DNA of 32,000 bases from Paramicrosporidium saccamoebae KSL3 (lineage: Eukaryota > Fungi > Cryptomycota). Position 1 is the stretch's first letter; every line of letters starts with the position of its first letter. This document shows positions 1 to 9,678 of this stretch, piece after piece. The notes under the pieces are model-generated. The model saw nothing but the letters and a program-made list of their open reading frames with translations, was not told where the DNA came from and ran no database searches. The stretch spans positions 11,119 through 43,118 of the forward strand of contig MTSL01000008.1 in assembly GCA_002794465.1 (NCBI GenBank), in the 5' to 3' direction. A program made the translations under genes and the position numbers.

Positions 1-1987
1 TCAGCGACCCGACATTCTTTGTATGGCACGCCAGTTCCTTGTAATTTCTAGTAATCACGAGCCTAGACAGTTCCTTTTGCTCTTCCGACAGCTCGATGCG
101 CAAAATTCTTTCTACCTTTCCTGGCAGTGAAGTTTCAACGTCCTTTTTCATTCTCCTTAACAAGTGTGGCTTGAGAATCTTGTGCAGCTTTTCCAACTTT
201 TTGTCGGCCTCGTCGCTGTGTCCAGCCTGCTCAGTGCCAGCTGGAGGACCATATTTTTCCAAAAATTCTTCATAATCTGGAAATTTGTTCGGCATTAAAA
301 AGTGTAATAGAGACCATAGTTCCAGAATTGAATTTTGCAAAGGAGTTCCTGTAACCAAGAGACGACTCGAGGGCGAGAGTTGATCTAGGACAGCATGAAG
401 CTGCGAATCTGCATTCTTAAGACGATGTCCTTCGTCGACAATCAGCATTCTCCAATCAACCTCTGATAAATATTCCTGATCCTTTAAAACCAGTTCATAG
501 GTAGTAAGTAGCACGTGAAAAAGAGGAAAAGTTGGCTTGGAATTAGGATTAGTCGAGTTGGAGTTGACCGAGTTGGAATCACTTCGTCTCGCACCTCTAG
601 TATCTACATCATTACGCGCGTCTTTTGTATCTTCGGCAAACCATTCGTAATACCGTTGCACTCCACGACTCTTTCCATCGCCGAGATAGAGTAAAGTGTT
701 TAAAGATGGCGCCCATTGATAAAACTCGCGTTGCCAGGCAGCAATGGTGCTTAGCGGAACAACGACCAGAACGGGGCCCGTAAACCCATATTCATGAACC
801 AAGGAGGAGATGTAGGAAATGGACTGCACCGTCTTTCCCAAACCCATTTCGTCGGCCAAAATGACATTTGTGCCATGACACCAAGAATACGCGAGCCAAT
901 TTACACTCTCCAATTGATAGTCGCGAAGCTGTCCACATTTTGCCAAATATTCTGGAAGACTCTCCAGTTTCCTAAATGTACAGCGCTTATGCAGTAGTTT
1001 GGGACTTGGCTGAATTCCGCCCGAGTACGCCCTACAAGTATACTCGTCCACCAACATTCGGTAATTCTCTATCCTCTCCAGTGGTTCCCAGGTGCACTCT
1101 GCGTAGGGAACCATCATCCATTTACATAGGTAATAATCTACTCCACTACCCTCATCTAGCCAATGATCCAGAACCCGCTCAACCACCTTGAACTCTTCAA
1201 TATCAATTTCTTCATTCATCCTAGAGGGATCTTTGAGAAAATTTTCCAACTTTCTACCACCACCAAATGTCCGTACCTGATCCACCGACTCCCAACTATC
1301 AAACAAGTGCGATCGATGCTTCCATTTGATCAAATATTGGAAACTTCCACTAGAATTCTGACGATGCCCAAGAATGCAATCAACATGTCGAACAATATCC
1401 TTTTCGGGCACAAAGGGAATGTCAAAAGTGACTTGGGCCTTGACCCGGGGACCGTCGGTCTCTGAGAAATCCGACTCTGATTCATCAGAAACTTCTATAG
1501 GCTCAGCTTTGGAGGGACGCGTCCGATTGACTGGTTTCCGTTTGTAAGTCTCCTCACTGTCAGAACTATTAACTATCCGATTGGTCTTTTTGGGCTTCTT
1601 TCTTGGCGTTTCTTGACGTGAATCCCAAACGTCAGAGTCAGACGACGAAGATGACATGCTGGATGTAAAATCATTGTCACTACCAGTGTCATTACTGTAA
1701 TCTTCATCCTCATCTTCTTTGTTAATCCAGTTGTCCATCGGTGTTGTGTAAGAGTCTATCGATTCTATCGATTCTATCGACTCTATAGGCTCTATAGGCT
1801 CTATCGGCTCTATCGACTCTATAGGCTCTATCGGCTCTATAGTCTCTATCGGATTTACCAAGCCCATCGAGCCCACTGAACCCACCATGCCCCTCGAGCC
1901 TACCGAACCCACCATACCTGCCGAACCCATTGAACCAACCGTAGCACTGGACGCCGGAATGGTCGAACCGTGAGAAAAGTCACTCAT
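1..1987 (-). CDS. CHD1: CHD1-type chromodomain SNF2 helicase/chromatin remodeller, 5' part (runs off the window edge, so absent from the ORF track)
   Basis: Hand translation is open from ATG 1987 to position 2. It shows two chromodomains (QYLIKWKHRSHLFDSWE; YYLCKWMMVPYAECTWE) followed by SNF2 motifs VILADEMGLGKTVQ, IVDEGHRLKN and LVTGTPLQNSILELWSLLHF. Confidence 0.93.
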   Translation of the reverse strand, partial: MSDFSHGSTIPASSATVGSMGSAGMVGSVGSRGMVGSVGSMGLVNPIETIEPIEPIESIEPIEPIEPIESIESIESIDSYTTPMDNWINKEDEDEDYSNDTGSDNDFTSSMSSSSSDSDVWDSRQETPRKKPKKTNRIVNSSDSEETYKRKPVNRTRPSKAEPIEVSDESESDFSETDGPRVKAQVTFDIPFVPEKDIVRHVDCILGHRQNSSGSFQYLIKWKHRSHLFDSWESVDQVRTFGGGRKLENFLKDPSRMNEEIDIEEFKVVERVLDHWLDEGSGVDYYLCKWMMVPYAECTWEPLERIENYRMLVDEYTCRAYSGGIQPSPKLLHKRCTFRKLESLPEYLAKCGQLRDYQLESVNWLAYSWCHGTNVILADEMGLGKTVQSISYISSLVHEYGFTGPVLVVVPLSTIAAWQREFYQWAPSLNTLLYLGDGKSRGVQRYYEWFAEDTKDARNDVDTRGARRSDSNSVNSNSTNPNSKPTFPLFHVLLTTYELVLKDQEYLSEVDWRMLIVDEGHRLKNADSQLHAVLDQLSPSSRLLVTGTPLQNSILELWSLLHFLMPNKFPDYEEFLEKYGPPAGTEQAGHSDEADKKLEKLHKILKPHLLRRMKKDVETSLPGKVERILRIELSEEQKELSRLVITRNYKELACHTKNVGSL
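1756..1854 (-). repeat. 9-bp tandem repeat x11 encoding (P/S/T)IE tripeptides in the CHD1 N-terminus
   Basis: Plus-strand units ctatcgatt/ctataggct/ctatcggct etc., 11 contiguous copies. GSM/GSV-type 9-bp units adjoin at about 1860-1945. Confidence 0.95.
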
Positions 1988-2026
1988 TAATAAGTATAAT
2001 AAATCATTTTTACTTAAACCCATACA

Positions 2027-3555
2027 CTAGATCTTGGATCCTACTGCTTTGGCAAGTTCTTTTTCGATACGGCTGGCCCACTGCTTGTCACTACGCTTAA
2101 AGTGTGCCATTTCACGACGCCGAATGTGGGGTTTTGCCCCAGATATGGCCGCAGCCAAATTCCCCACCATGCGCTCCTGGCCTTCTTTGGATTGGATCGC
2201 ATACAATTTTGCCGGCTGCTTAAAGTCCGCATCGGAGAGGGCGATTGGAAAACGGCCAACAGTTCCATTCAGCTCCATTGGAGTAAAAGTGATCCCCACG
2301 GCAGGACCAACCGCAGTTGGACCGCCAAAGCTGTTGGGCTCGTAGTTGGGAGCAGATCCAAAGTTGCCATTCACACACATCAATCCGTCGCGTTGGTAGG
2401 TATTCACGTGGGTGTTCTGTGGACGATTTACTGGAATTTGGGTGTAGTTCGGACCAAGACGATGACGATGAGTGTCAGGATACGAAAAGAGACGTCCTTG
2501 TAACATTCGGTCCACCGAGGCCTCAATGCCGGGAACTAGATGACTGGGGGAGAACGCGGCCTGCTCAATTTCCGCAAAGTAGTTGGAGGGATTGCGATTC
2601 AACACCATTCTGCCAACCGGAATCAGCGGATAATCTCCGTGGGGCCAAACTTTGGTAACGTCAAAAATATTCCAGCGATACTTTTGCGCATCAGCCTCAG
2701 GCATGACTTGGATGTGCAAGGTCCATGAAGGATAATCTTTTTTGGCAATTGCATTAAAGAGATCTCTGGTGGCGTGGTCGGGATCTTTGCCGGCGAGCTC
2801 AGAAGCCTGGGGACGAGTCAAGTTTTTAATGCCTTGGTCCGTTTTGAAATGAAACTTGCAATAATGAATCTCGTTCTTGGCATTCACCAGTTTGAACGTG
2901 TGGCTTCCATAGCCATTCATGCCGCGAAATCCATCTGGCGTTCCACGGTCAGAGAACAGGATGGACACTTGATGGAGAGACTCGGGGACGAGACTCAGAA
3001 AATCCCAGGTCATGTCAGGATCCTTTAGATTTGTTTGAGGGTTCTTTTTTTGCGTATGAATGAAATCTGGAAACTTGATTGGGTCTCGAAGGAAAAAGAC
3101 GGGAGTGTTGTTGCCAACCAAGTCCCAGTTCCCTACACAATTACAAAATCGACTAAATTTGGATCCCTTCTTCGGTATAGAGCTTGATTGCAAAGCCACG
3201 TGGATCACGTTCAGTATCGGCCGAGCCCTTTTCGCCTCCGACGGTGGAGAAACGAATCAATAAAGGAGTCCTCTTGCCAACCTTGTTGAACAGCTTTGCC
3301 TTGGTATACTTGCTAATGTCATGAGTGACCTCGAGGTATCCATGGGCGCCGGCCCCTTTGGCATGAACGACGCGCTCTGGGATTCTCTCGCGGTCAAAGT
3401 GGGCGAGCTTGTCAATCAGGTGAAAGTCTTGCAACAGCCTAAACAAAGGATGAGACCCGGCAACTCAATCTCTACACGGGACCATTGACACCTGCCGTCT
3501 GCGAGGTCTGGTTGTAGTCCACAGGATTTCCGTTAGAAGTGGTGAGCACGGGCAT
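2027..3555 (-). CDS. CAT: Monofunctional heme catalase, 3 exons (3476-3555, 3167-3438, 2027-3132; 485 aa), C-terminal SKI peroxisomal signal variant
   Basis: Motifs [30 protein letters not shown] and [12 protein letters not shown]. Intron 1 (3439-3475) is GT-AG, 37 nt. Intron 2 (3133-3166, 34 nt) is needed to restore [13 protein letters not shown] but has a GG donor. Confidence 0.93.
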
Positions 3556-3630
3556 ACTAACAATGCGCGAGTTTATTATTGTCAATTCATGCTATATAGA
3601 CTACAACGAAATGAATTTGTCTTTAGTCCA

Positions 3631-5469
3631 ATGTCGGAAATGGACGTTGTGATGGGCGAAAATAGTGACATAGAGGGCAATGATGAATTCATTCAGCCCG
3701 TGGCCCTCCTGATGGATGAGCTCAAGAGTGAGGAGACTGCAGTCCGGGTAGAGTCCATGAAGCGACTTGGAACCATTGCGCTTGCACTCGGCCCAGAACG
3801 GACTCGAAACGAACTGGTGCCATTTTTACAGAGCTCCCTAGACGAGGAGGACGAAGTTTTGACGGCGCTGGCCGAGGAAATTACCAGTCTTCTGGAGTAT
3901 GTGGGAGGTGCACCGCACGGATATATCCTATTACCACTTCTGGAAGGGCTGGTCAGTGCTGAGGAGACATATGTACGGAACACTGCATTAGATGCCTTTG
4001 AACTGATTATAAAAGACATGCCGGAGGCTCATCTAAAGGAACACTTGACACCGGCAATCCAGAGACTTGCCTCGGGAGACTGGTTCTCCAAAAAGAGCAG
4101 CGCATCAGTCTTAATAGTGGCGCTTTCCAGTCGAGTGAACGAAGCCTCCGAGATGGAGATGAGCGTCAAACAGGCCATAATGACTGAGGCGCTACGAATG
4201 TTTGCGGCGTTGGCGGTTGACGAGACTCCGCTGGTCCGCAAAGCAGTGGCCAATAATCTGGTAAAACTCATTCCTCTGGTCGATGTGTCTATACGGGATC
4301 AACAATTGAACACTCTCTGTTCACAGCTTGCTGCCGACCCGCAGGACTCGGTCCGCCTGCTTGCCGTGGAACCAGTGACAGTCCTGATGGAAAAGTGTTC
4401 CATGGTCGAATTTAATGCCTTGGTTCCGCTCTTTTTGGCATTGGCCAGTGACAATTCGTGGAGAATTCGGTTTATGGTAGCCAAATTGTATGGACGACTG
4501 GCGGCAGCTCTGGTGAATGGAAATAATGCCTCGGTCAATGTCCTTGACATTTACTGTGCTCTGATGAGGGACGCAGAGGCCGAGGTGCGCAGTGCTGCCT
4601 GTTCACAGATTACAAGCGTTTCCAGCGTCATTCCTGCATCTATAACAGAGGACAAGATTATTTCTTCTGCGAGAACACTTCTTTCGGATCCTTCAGCTCA
4701 CGTTCGTGCTGCTCTGGCTTTGCAACTAAATCAAGTGTCCAAGGTCCTTGGTTCAGACTCGTCAGTCAAATTGGTTCTACCAATGGTCCTCCAACTTTTA
4801 AGAGACGAGTCGTCTGATGTTCGCCTCAATGTCATCTCCAGGCTCGAAGTGATTGTCGAGGTCATTGGTATTGACCAACTTGCTGCCTCTCTCCTCCCTG
4901 CAATTGTGGCTTTGGCAGAGGACCGTCAATGGCGAGTCCGCCAGACGATCATTGAATACATTCCCGAACTATCCTCTCATCTCGGACGGGCATTTTTCGA
5001 GGAAAAGTTGGCCAAGTTGGCAATCTCATGGTTGAATGATGCCGTTTTCGCCGTGAGGGAGACGGCAGTGGATTCGGTAAAGAGGATCATTCAGCAGTTT
5101 GGATCCGAGTGGACTGTGAACAGTGGACTATTGCAACAACTCTTAGAGTACGCTCAGCATCGAAATTATCTGCGTCGGATGACCCTCCTTTCCGCACTAT
5201 CTCAAACGTGCTGTGTGGTGGAGACGCCAGTAATCACTGCGCAATTTGTTCCCATCTTGGAAAAGTTGGCTAGCGATCCTATTGCAAATGTCCGGTTCAA
5301 CGTGGCCAAGGCCCTCCAAGCCATAGTCCCGATTCTAATTGCTGCCAGCGAATGCAACGAGGTGCTTCGTGCTCCCATAGTTCCCATGTTACAGGAACTA
5401 CAGAGGGATGCGGATTCTGATGTCCGAGACCATGCTACTCTCGCTCTTAACATTATTCCAGTGTTCTAA
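3631..5469 (+). CDS. TPD3: Protein phosphatase 2A scaffold (A) subunit, HEAT repeats
   Basis: N-terminal PVALLMDELKSE..RLGTIALALGPERTRNELVPFL and repeated WRVR/VR HEAT motifs. The likely start is ATG 3631; the ORF track extends to 3589. Confidence 0.95.
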   Translation: MSEMDVVMGENSDIEGNDEFIQPVALLMDELKSEETAVRVESMKRLGTIALALGPERTRNELVPFLQSSLDEEDEVLTALAEEITSLLEYVGGAPHGYILLPLLEGLVSAEETYVRNTALDAFELIIKDMPEAHLKEHLTPAIQRLASGDWFSKKSSASVLIVALSSRVNEASEMEMSVKQAIMTEALRMFAALAVDETPLVRKAVANNLVKLIPLVDVSIRDQQLNTLCSQLAADPQDSVRLLAVEPVTVLMEKCSMVEFNALVPLFLALASDNSWRIRFMVAKLYGRLAAALVNGNNASVNVLDIYCALMRDAEAEVRSAACSQITSVSSVIPASITEDKIISSARTLLSDPSAHVRAALALQLNQVSKVLGSDSSVKLVLPMVLQLLRDESSDVRLNVISRLEVIVEVIGIDQLAASLLPAIVALAEDRQWRVRQTIIEYIPELSSHLGRAFFEEKLAKLAISWLNDAVFAVRETAVDSVKRIIQQFGSEWTVNSGLLQQLLEYAQHRNYLRRMTLLSALSQTCCVVETPVITAQFVPILEKLASDPIANVRFNVAKALQAIVPILIAASECNEVLRAPIVPMLQELQRDADSDVRDHATLALNIIPVF

Positions 5470-5500
5470 ATAAACCAATACTCCGATCTGTTCATGACAG

Positions 5501-5722
5501 GGGTCCAGATAGAGATGGCTTCCTCGGCATTGTGATAGCTTGGAAAGGAAGACTTTTGCGTTCTCGCTGGCCAGGAACTTGGATAAGATTGGATGTCTCG
5601 GAGCTAAGATATCTTGAAGAGGAATACTCCCACGTCCTCGCTGTCCGGGGGTCCAAATGAAGTTGGATGCCTCGGCATTAAGATATCTCGGAAAGGAAGA
5701 CTTTCGCGTCCTCAGTGCCCTG
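5501..5722 (+). repeat. Degenerate 74-bp triplication whose third copy is the RIO2 start region
   Basis: Units 5501-5574, 5575-5648 and 5649-5722 align without gaps (about 78% identity between unit 1 and unit 3 by eye). The ATG reads ATA in both upstream copies. Confidence 0.9.
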
Positions 5723-6955
5723 GAGATTGGCAGCAAAAATCACCAAGTGGTGCCGCTGTCGATGATAGCAAGTCTGTGTCGGATGCGTCCGGGTGGTGTC
5801 AACTCTCGTCTTGCCGAGCTTGCTAAGCACCGTCTCGTTTCCAAGGAGCACCACACCAGCTATGAGGGCTTCCGTCTCACCTATGGTGGATACGACTATT
5901 TGGCGTTGTATGCCATGTCCCAAAGGGGGACAGTGTTGGGGGTTGGCCGGCAAATAGGAGTGGGCAAAGAGTCGGATGTTTATCTCGTCGAGGGCAGATA
6001 TCCCTGCGAAACAGAGTGCGAAGAAGAGCTGCCAACCGAGTCTTTTGTTCTCAAGATTGAGCGTCTGGGCCGCACTTCGTTTAGGACTGTCAAGACCAAC
6101 CGGGACTATGTGGGTCGTCGCACCCACGTTTCCTGGATGTACATGTCTCGTCTGGCGGCTGAGAAGGAGTGGCTGTTCATGAAAGCGCTCCATCAGCATG
6201 GATTCCCTACCCCAAAACCTGTTGACTGGAACCGGCACTGCATTGTAATGGAGTGGATCGAAGGGCGCACGCTAGAGCAACTGCATCCCGAGGACTGGCC
6301 TGAAGGTACCGATATGCTTCAGATCGCCCAATACCTCTACAACCACCTAATGAAGTTGATTATCCGTCTCGCCGAACACGGTCTTGTTCATGGTGACTTT
6401 AACGAGTTCAATTTAATGATAAGAGACGGCTTTGTAGATGAGCCAATCTTTGATGACGAAAACCATCCGATAGTCATGATAGACTTTCCGCAAATGGTCT
6501 CCACCTCCCATATTAACGCAAAAGAATTGTTTGAGCGCGATGTCAACTGTCTGAGGACATTTTTTACGCGGCGCTATGGCTTCGAGCCCACTGAGTGGCC
6601 CTGTTTTGATCGTGATGTTTCTGTCGATATTCAGCTTGATAGTGAAGTTCGTGCTTCAGGCTTCCGAGGCATTAAGAATCTGATTGATGATAATGCAGGG
6701 AGTGACAATGATACAGACGACGTCGATGAAGACTGTGATACGAGTGACGCTGACAATAGTGATAACGTTGATGACAGCGATGATAATGAGGATGAAGACA
6801 GTGATGATAACGAGGATGAAGACAGTGGTGATGATGATGATGGAGATGATGATGACGATGGAGATGAAGACAGTGATGCTAATGGAGACGAAGACAGCGA
6901 TTATGACAACAATGCCGACAATACCACTGAAGACACTGATAGAACGGATAGATAG
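5657..6955 (+). CDS. RIO2: RIO2 atypical kinase/ATPase (40S maturation) with Asp-rich tail
   Basis: N-terminal winged helix (MKLDASALRYL..FRVL..E.GSKNH, GFRLTYGGYDYLAL), IGVGKESDVY, RLGRTSF, HGDFNEFN, IDFPQ. Confidence 0.96.
   Translation: MKLDASALRYLGKEDFRVLSALEIGSKNHQVVPLSMIASLCRMRPGGVNSRLAELAKHRLVSKEHHTSYEGFRLTYGGYDYLALYAMSQRGTVLGVGRQIGVGKESDVYLVEGRYPCETECEEELPTESFVLKIERLGRTSFRTVKTNRDYVGRRTHVSWMYMSRLAAEKEWLFMKALHQHGFPTPKPVDWNRHCIVMEWIEGRTLEQLHPEDWPEGTDMLQIAQYLYNHLMKLIIRLAEHGLVHGDFNEFNLMIRDGFVDEPIFDDENHPIVMIDFPQMVSTSHINAKELFERDVNCLRTFFTRRYGFEPTEWPCFDRDVSVDIQLDSEVRASGFRGIKNLIDDNAGSDNDTDDVDEDCDTSDADNSDNVDDSDDNEDEDSDDNEDEDSGDDDDGDDDDDGDEDSDANGDEDSDYDNNADNTTEDTDRTDR
6700..6950 (+). repeat. Low-complexity GAT/GAC-rich repeats encoding the acidic RIO2 tail
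   Basis: Repeated gatgataa(t/c)gaggatgaagacagt (24-bp) units, giving D/E/N/S-rich protein. Confidence 0.9.
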
Positions 6956-7055
6956 AATAGAGACTGATTTTTGAGGTTTGTAGTAAAGACTCTGTTAAAC
7001 ATCATCCACTTACTATTGATGAGTCCGATCCAGATAACGATACCACAGGTCATTC

Positions 7056-7265
7056 TGTCGCGTAGTGGGGATAATACCGCGGCCCGGTTTAGGCGAGAAG
7101 AGAACCTGTTTACTGCTAATCCTATAATAGTATAGATACACATCACATCCCACTGTCCTCAATACCCAGCAAAGCGATCCACTCTAGCACGCAAATACCC
7201 AACTATTCAACCCTCTGCCTCTACGTCACATAGCCAACTAATCAATCCTCTACCTCTACGTCACA
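7056..7265 (+). mobile_element. Copy I of a short TGT...ACA element (solo-LTR-like or Ginger-like MITE), 210 bp
   Basis: Starts TGTCGCGTAG and ends CTACGTCACA (imperfect 10-bp inverted repeat). 4-bp TSD ATTC at 7052-7055 and 7266-7269. The 3' terminal ~32 bp is internally duplicated (7199-7230 and 7234-7265). Confidence 0.85.
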
Positions 7266-7400
7266 ATTCCAATCGTGTTAAGAATGGCTGCTTATAAAGG
7301 AGCCGCATACTTTAACAAAATTCATTCGCTCATCAAAAGACTCTTCACTGGAATTCTAGAATCGTAAATGTATGAGCGACATAATCTATTATAAATTTGT

Positions 7401-8444
7401 CTATTTTATAAATACGTAAATATGTGGACTAGTTCTGATGGGCGCAGGGAGTAAATTTACAAAAGTATCAGAGTCATAGCCAGAGGCAATGCTGAACGCC
7501 AATAGCCCCTTCAGAGCGGCCGCTACTCTCGTATGGGCTTGTCTTTCGGATGATTTTGCACCCCTCTGTACGCTTCCAGTTATGGGAGAAGCTTCAAGCC
7601 AATCGTCCAACAGACTATTGCTGAGCCAGGCAATAATTTTGCTAAATTTCATCTCGCAGATTCCCTCGAGAATTTGATCTGATGTGGTCTTTCGAAGTCG
7701 AGCGCCGATCAAAGAGTTACTTTGTACAGACTGCCAGCAATAATGTAGCGGTGGGGCACTCTCAGGTGCCATCTTGGCCTTTGTGTAAGCAGCAACAAGT
7801 TGCATGGCGCATTCCTGTGCCTTATTTCCTTTCTGCCTCGACAGCGTCCCATCGGCAAGCGCAGCAAGCAAGTTTCCCGTATATGGTAATAGTACAGTCA
7901 TTGGTACTGCTTTCAGAGCAGCCTCAAGAAACTTGATAGAGTCCCTCCTAATGTCAGTGTGTAGATGTGTCATAGCCAGAAGGGCAAACTGCACCCACCC
8001 ACCAAAGAGCGCTCTCAGCTCGACCTTTTGCTCCCACAAATATACAGTCAGATGTAGAACAGCTGTCCGTACTACCGCCTCATTATCCACCATTCCGCGA
8101 CTTGCATGCTCCAGAAGAACGTTAATAACATCGCCAATATCCGGATGCTCTTTGCAGCGCTTTAGAAGTGTTGCAAAGGCTTCTTTTCGGACATTTGTAT
8201 TGTAGTGTCCAGTTTGGGAGAGTGTTGGTTTCAAGATGGCTGCCAAGGCTGACGAAGAGCCTTCTGATGTGGCTTCTATCTTTTGGGCTGTCGAAAGGTG
8301 CTGTTCGCGCAGTGCAAGGCGTTTTGTTTGAAAGGACGTGTTTGTAGCGTTCACTGCGCCCGCTTTGGCGCGACCCACCTTGACTTTGGACTTTTCAAAA
8401 TCTTTTGGACCCGTTTTCCTCGACTTTTTGTTCAAGTTGGCCAT
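7401..8444 (-). CDS. IPI1: IPI1/TEX10 N-terminal-domain protein (Rix1 complex, pre-60S/pre-rRNA processing)
   Basis: N-terminal KK..KDFEKSKVKVGR.K....NATNTSF.TK.L, then HYNTNVRKEA and AMTHLHTDIRRDSIKFL, typical of Ipi1_N. Likely start ATG 8444. Confidence 0.85.
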   Translation of the reverse strand: MANLNKKSRKTGPKDFEKSKVKVGRAKAGAVNATNTSFQTKRLALREQHLSTAQKIEATSEGSSSALAAILKPTLSQTGHYNTNVRKEAFATLLKRCKEHPDIGDVINVLLEHASRGMVDNEAVVRTAVLHLTVYLWEQKVELRALFGGWVQFALLAMTHLHTDIRRDSIKFLEAALKAVPMTVLLPYTGNLLAALADGTLSRQKGNKAQECAMQLVAAYTKAKMAPESAPPLHYCWQSVQSNSLIGARLRKTTSDQILEGICEMKFSKIIAWLSNSLLDDWLEASPITGSVQRGAKSSERQAHTRVAAALKGLLAFSIASGYDSDTFVNLLPAPIRTSPHIYVFIK

Positions 8445-8482
8445 ACCGGGGATGCACTTGCCAAATTGGTACATGTAAATAA

Positions 8483-9022
8483 ATGGTCCCCGGGTCCCAA
8501 CACAACATGATCTGTTTCTGTGTCCTCCTGCTGGCGCTGTTTCAGGTAGCAGATTTACTCTCAGCTACCAATGATCTCACAACACCCCTCTACCTGCGCG
8601 AAGTGTACACTCATGAGATTTTGGATGTAGAGTATAAAATTGGCAACTATTCGGCCTCTATTGCGAGCCCTTACAATGATGCCACCGCTTTTGTCCATCT
8701 CGGCTACAAAAAGCTAACTGCTGGAGTGGAAAATGGCTCCATAGTTTTAGTGCTGCGGGGCAGAGATTTTATCATGGGCGATGCTGCAAACTATGCCCTT
8801 AATTACTCGCCATCTTCCTTGCAAACAGCCACCATCAGACCCATGCGAGGTGACATTGTGATCCTTCTAGTTCCCATGGTACCGATGACGCAGTGCACAG
8901 TGGCCAAATTTAAGATTGAGCTGAGAGTCAGTGGTAGCACATCTCTTGCCGACAAGTTACGCGATGCCTTTTACTATTCCTGCTACTTTAACGTAGCCGG
9001 TTCGGCATTCCGAGTACAATGA
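8483..9022 (+). CDS. Hypothetical secreted protein (probable start ATG 8507, signal-peptide-like N-terminus)
   Basis: 179-aa ORF filling the gap divergent from IPI1, with hydrophobic MICFCVLLLALFQVA. No family recognised. Confidence 0.6.
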   Translation: MVPGSQHNMICFCVLLLALFQVADLLSATNDLTTPLYLREVYTHEILDVEYKIGNYSASIASPYNDATAFVHLGYKKLTAGVENGSIVLVLRGRDFIMGDAANYALNYSPSSLQTATIRPMRGDIVILLVPMVPMTQCTVAKFKIELRVSGSTSLADKLRDAFYYSCYFNVAGSAFRVQ

Positions 9023-9203
9023 TATTTGCACAGTAAACAATCCAAATAATGGTGATGGACGTGTGGTTTAGGGAGGGGTCCTAGGTAGGTAAATGGATGG
9101 ATGGTTGAATGGGAGTAGGCGGTTGAGCGAGTGTAGAAGAATTGATGAGCGCACCTATCAACCAGCTATCTATGAGTCAACTATAATAACTTTTGCTGCA
9201 AGC

Positions 9204-9428
9204 TGTCGCGTAGTGGGGATAATACCACGGATTTTGTCAGGCGGAAAGAGGAGATGGGACGAGAAGAGAATTTCTTCAGTCAATCCAACGACCCATTTAT
9301 AGTCTCACAAATAACATTATCCTCAAATGGTAAAGATCTCATTATTCTTGATCGATTGTTCTGGTTATCCCTTCTCCAAACTAGAGAACTATTTCCAAAA
9401 GACATACTAATCAGTCTTCTACGTCACA
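9204..9428 (+). mobile_element. Copy II of the TGT...ACA element, 225 bp
   Basis: Starts TGTCGCGTAGTGGGGATAATACC (identical to copy I over this stretch) and ends CTACGTCACA. TSD AAGC at 9200-9203 and 9429-9432. It interrupts a 37-bp tandem repeat (agctatctatga(g/a)tcaactat at 9164-9184 and 9430-9450). Confidence 0.88.
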
Positions 9429-9678
9429 AAGCTATCTATGAATCAACTATCAAAAACGTATTTCGCCAATATAAACAGTCTTTACCACAAACTAGCTACC
9501 GGCAACATATTTCACCACCATAAACAGTCTTTAATACAGACGACCCACGAATCAGCCATCAGCAATATAGTTCACCAACTATCAACAACCTTTACTGCAG
9601 ACTCAGAATGTGATTACATACGTTTTCAACAAATTAGCTACAATGATTCTTTATTGCAAATCTCGCAATTTAAACAGT

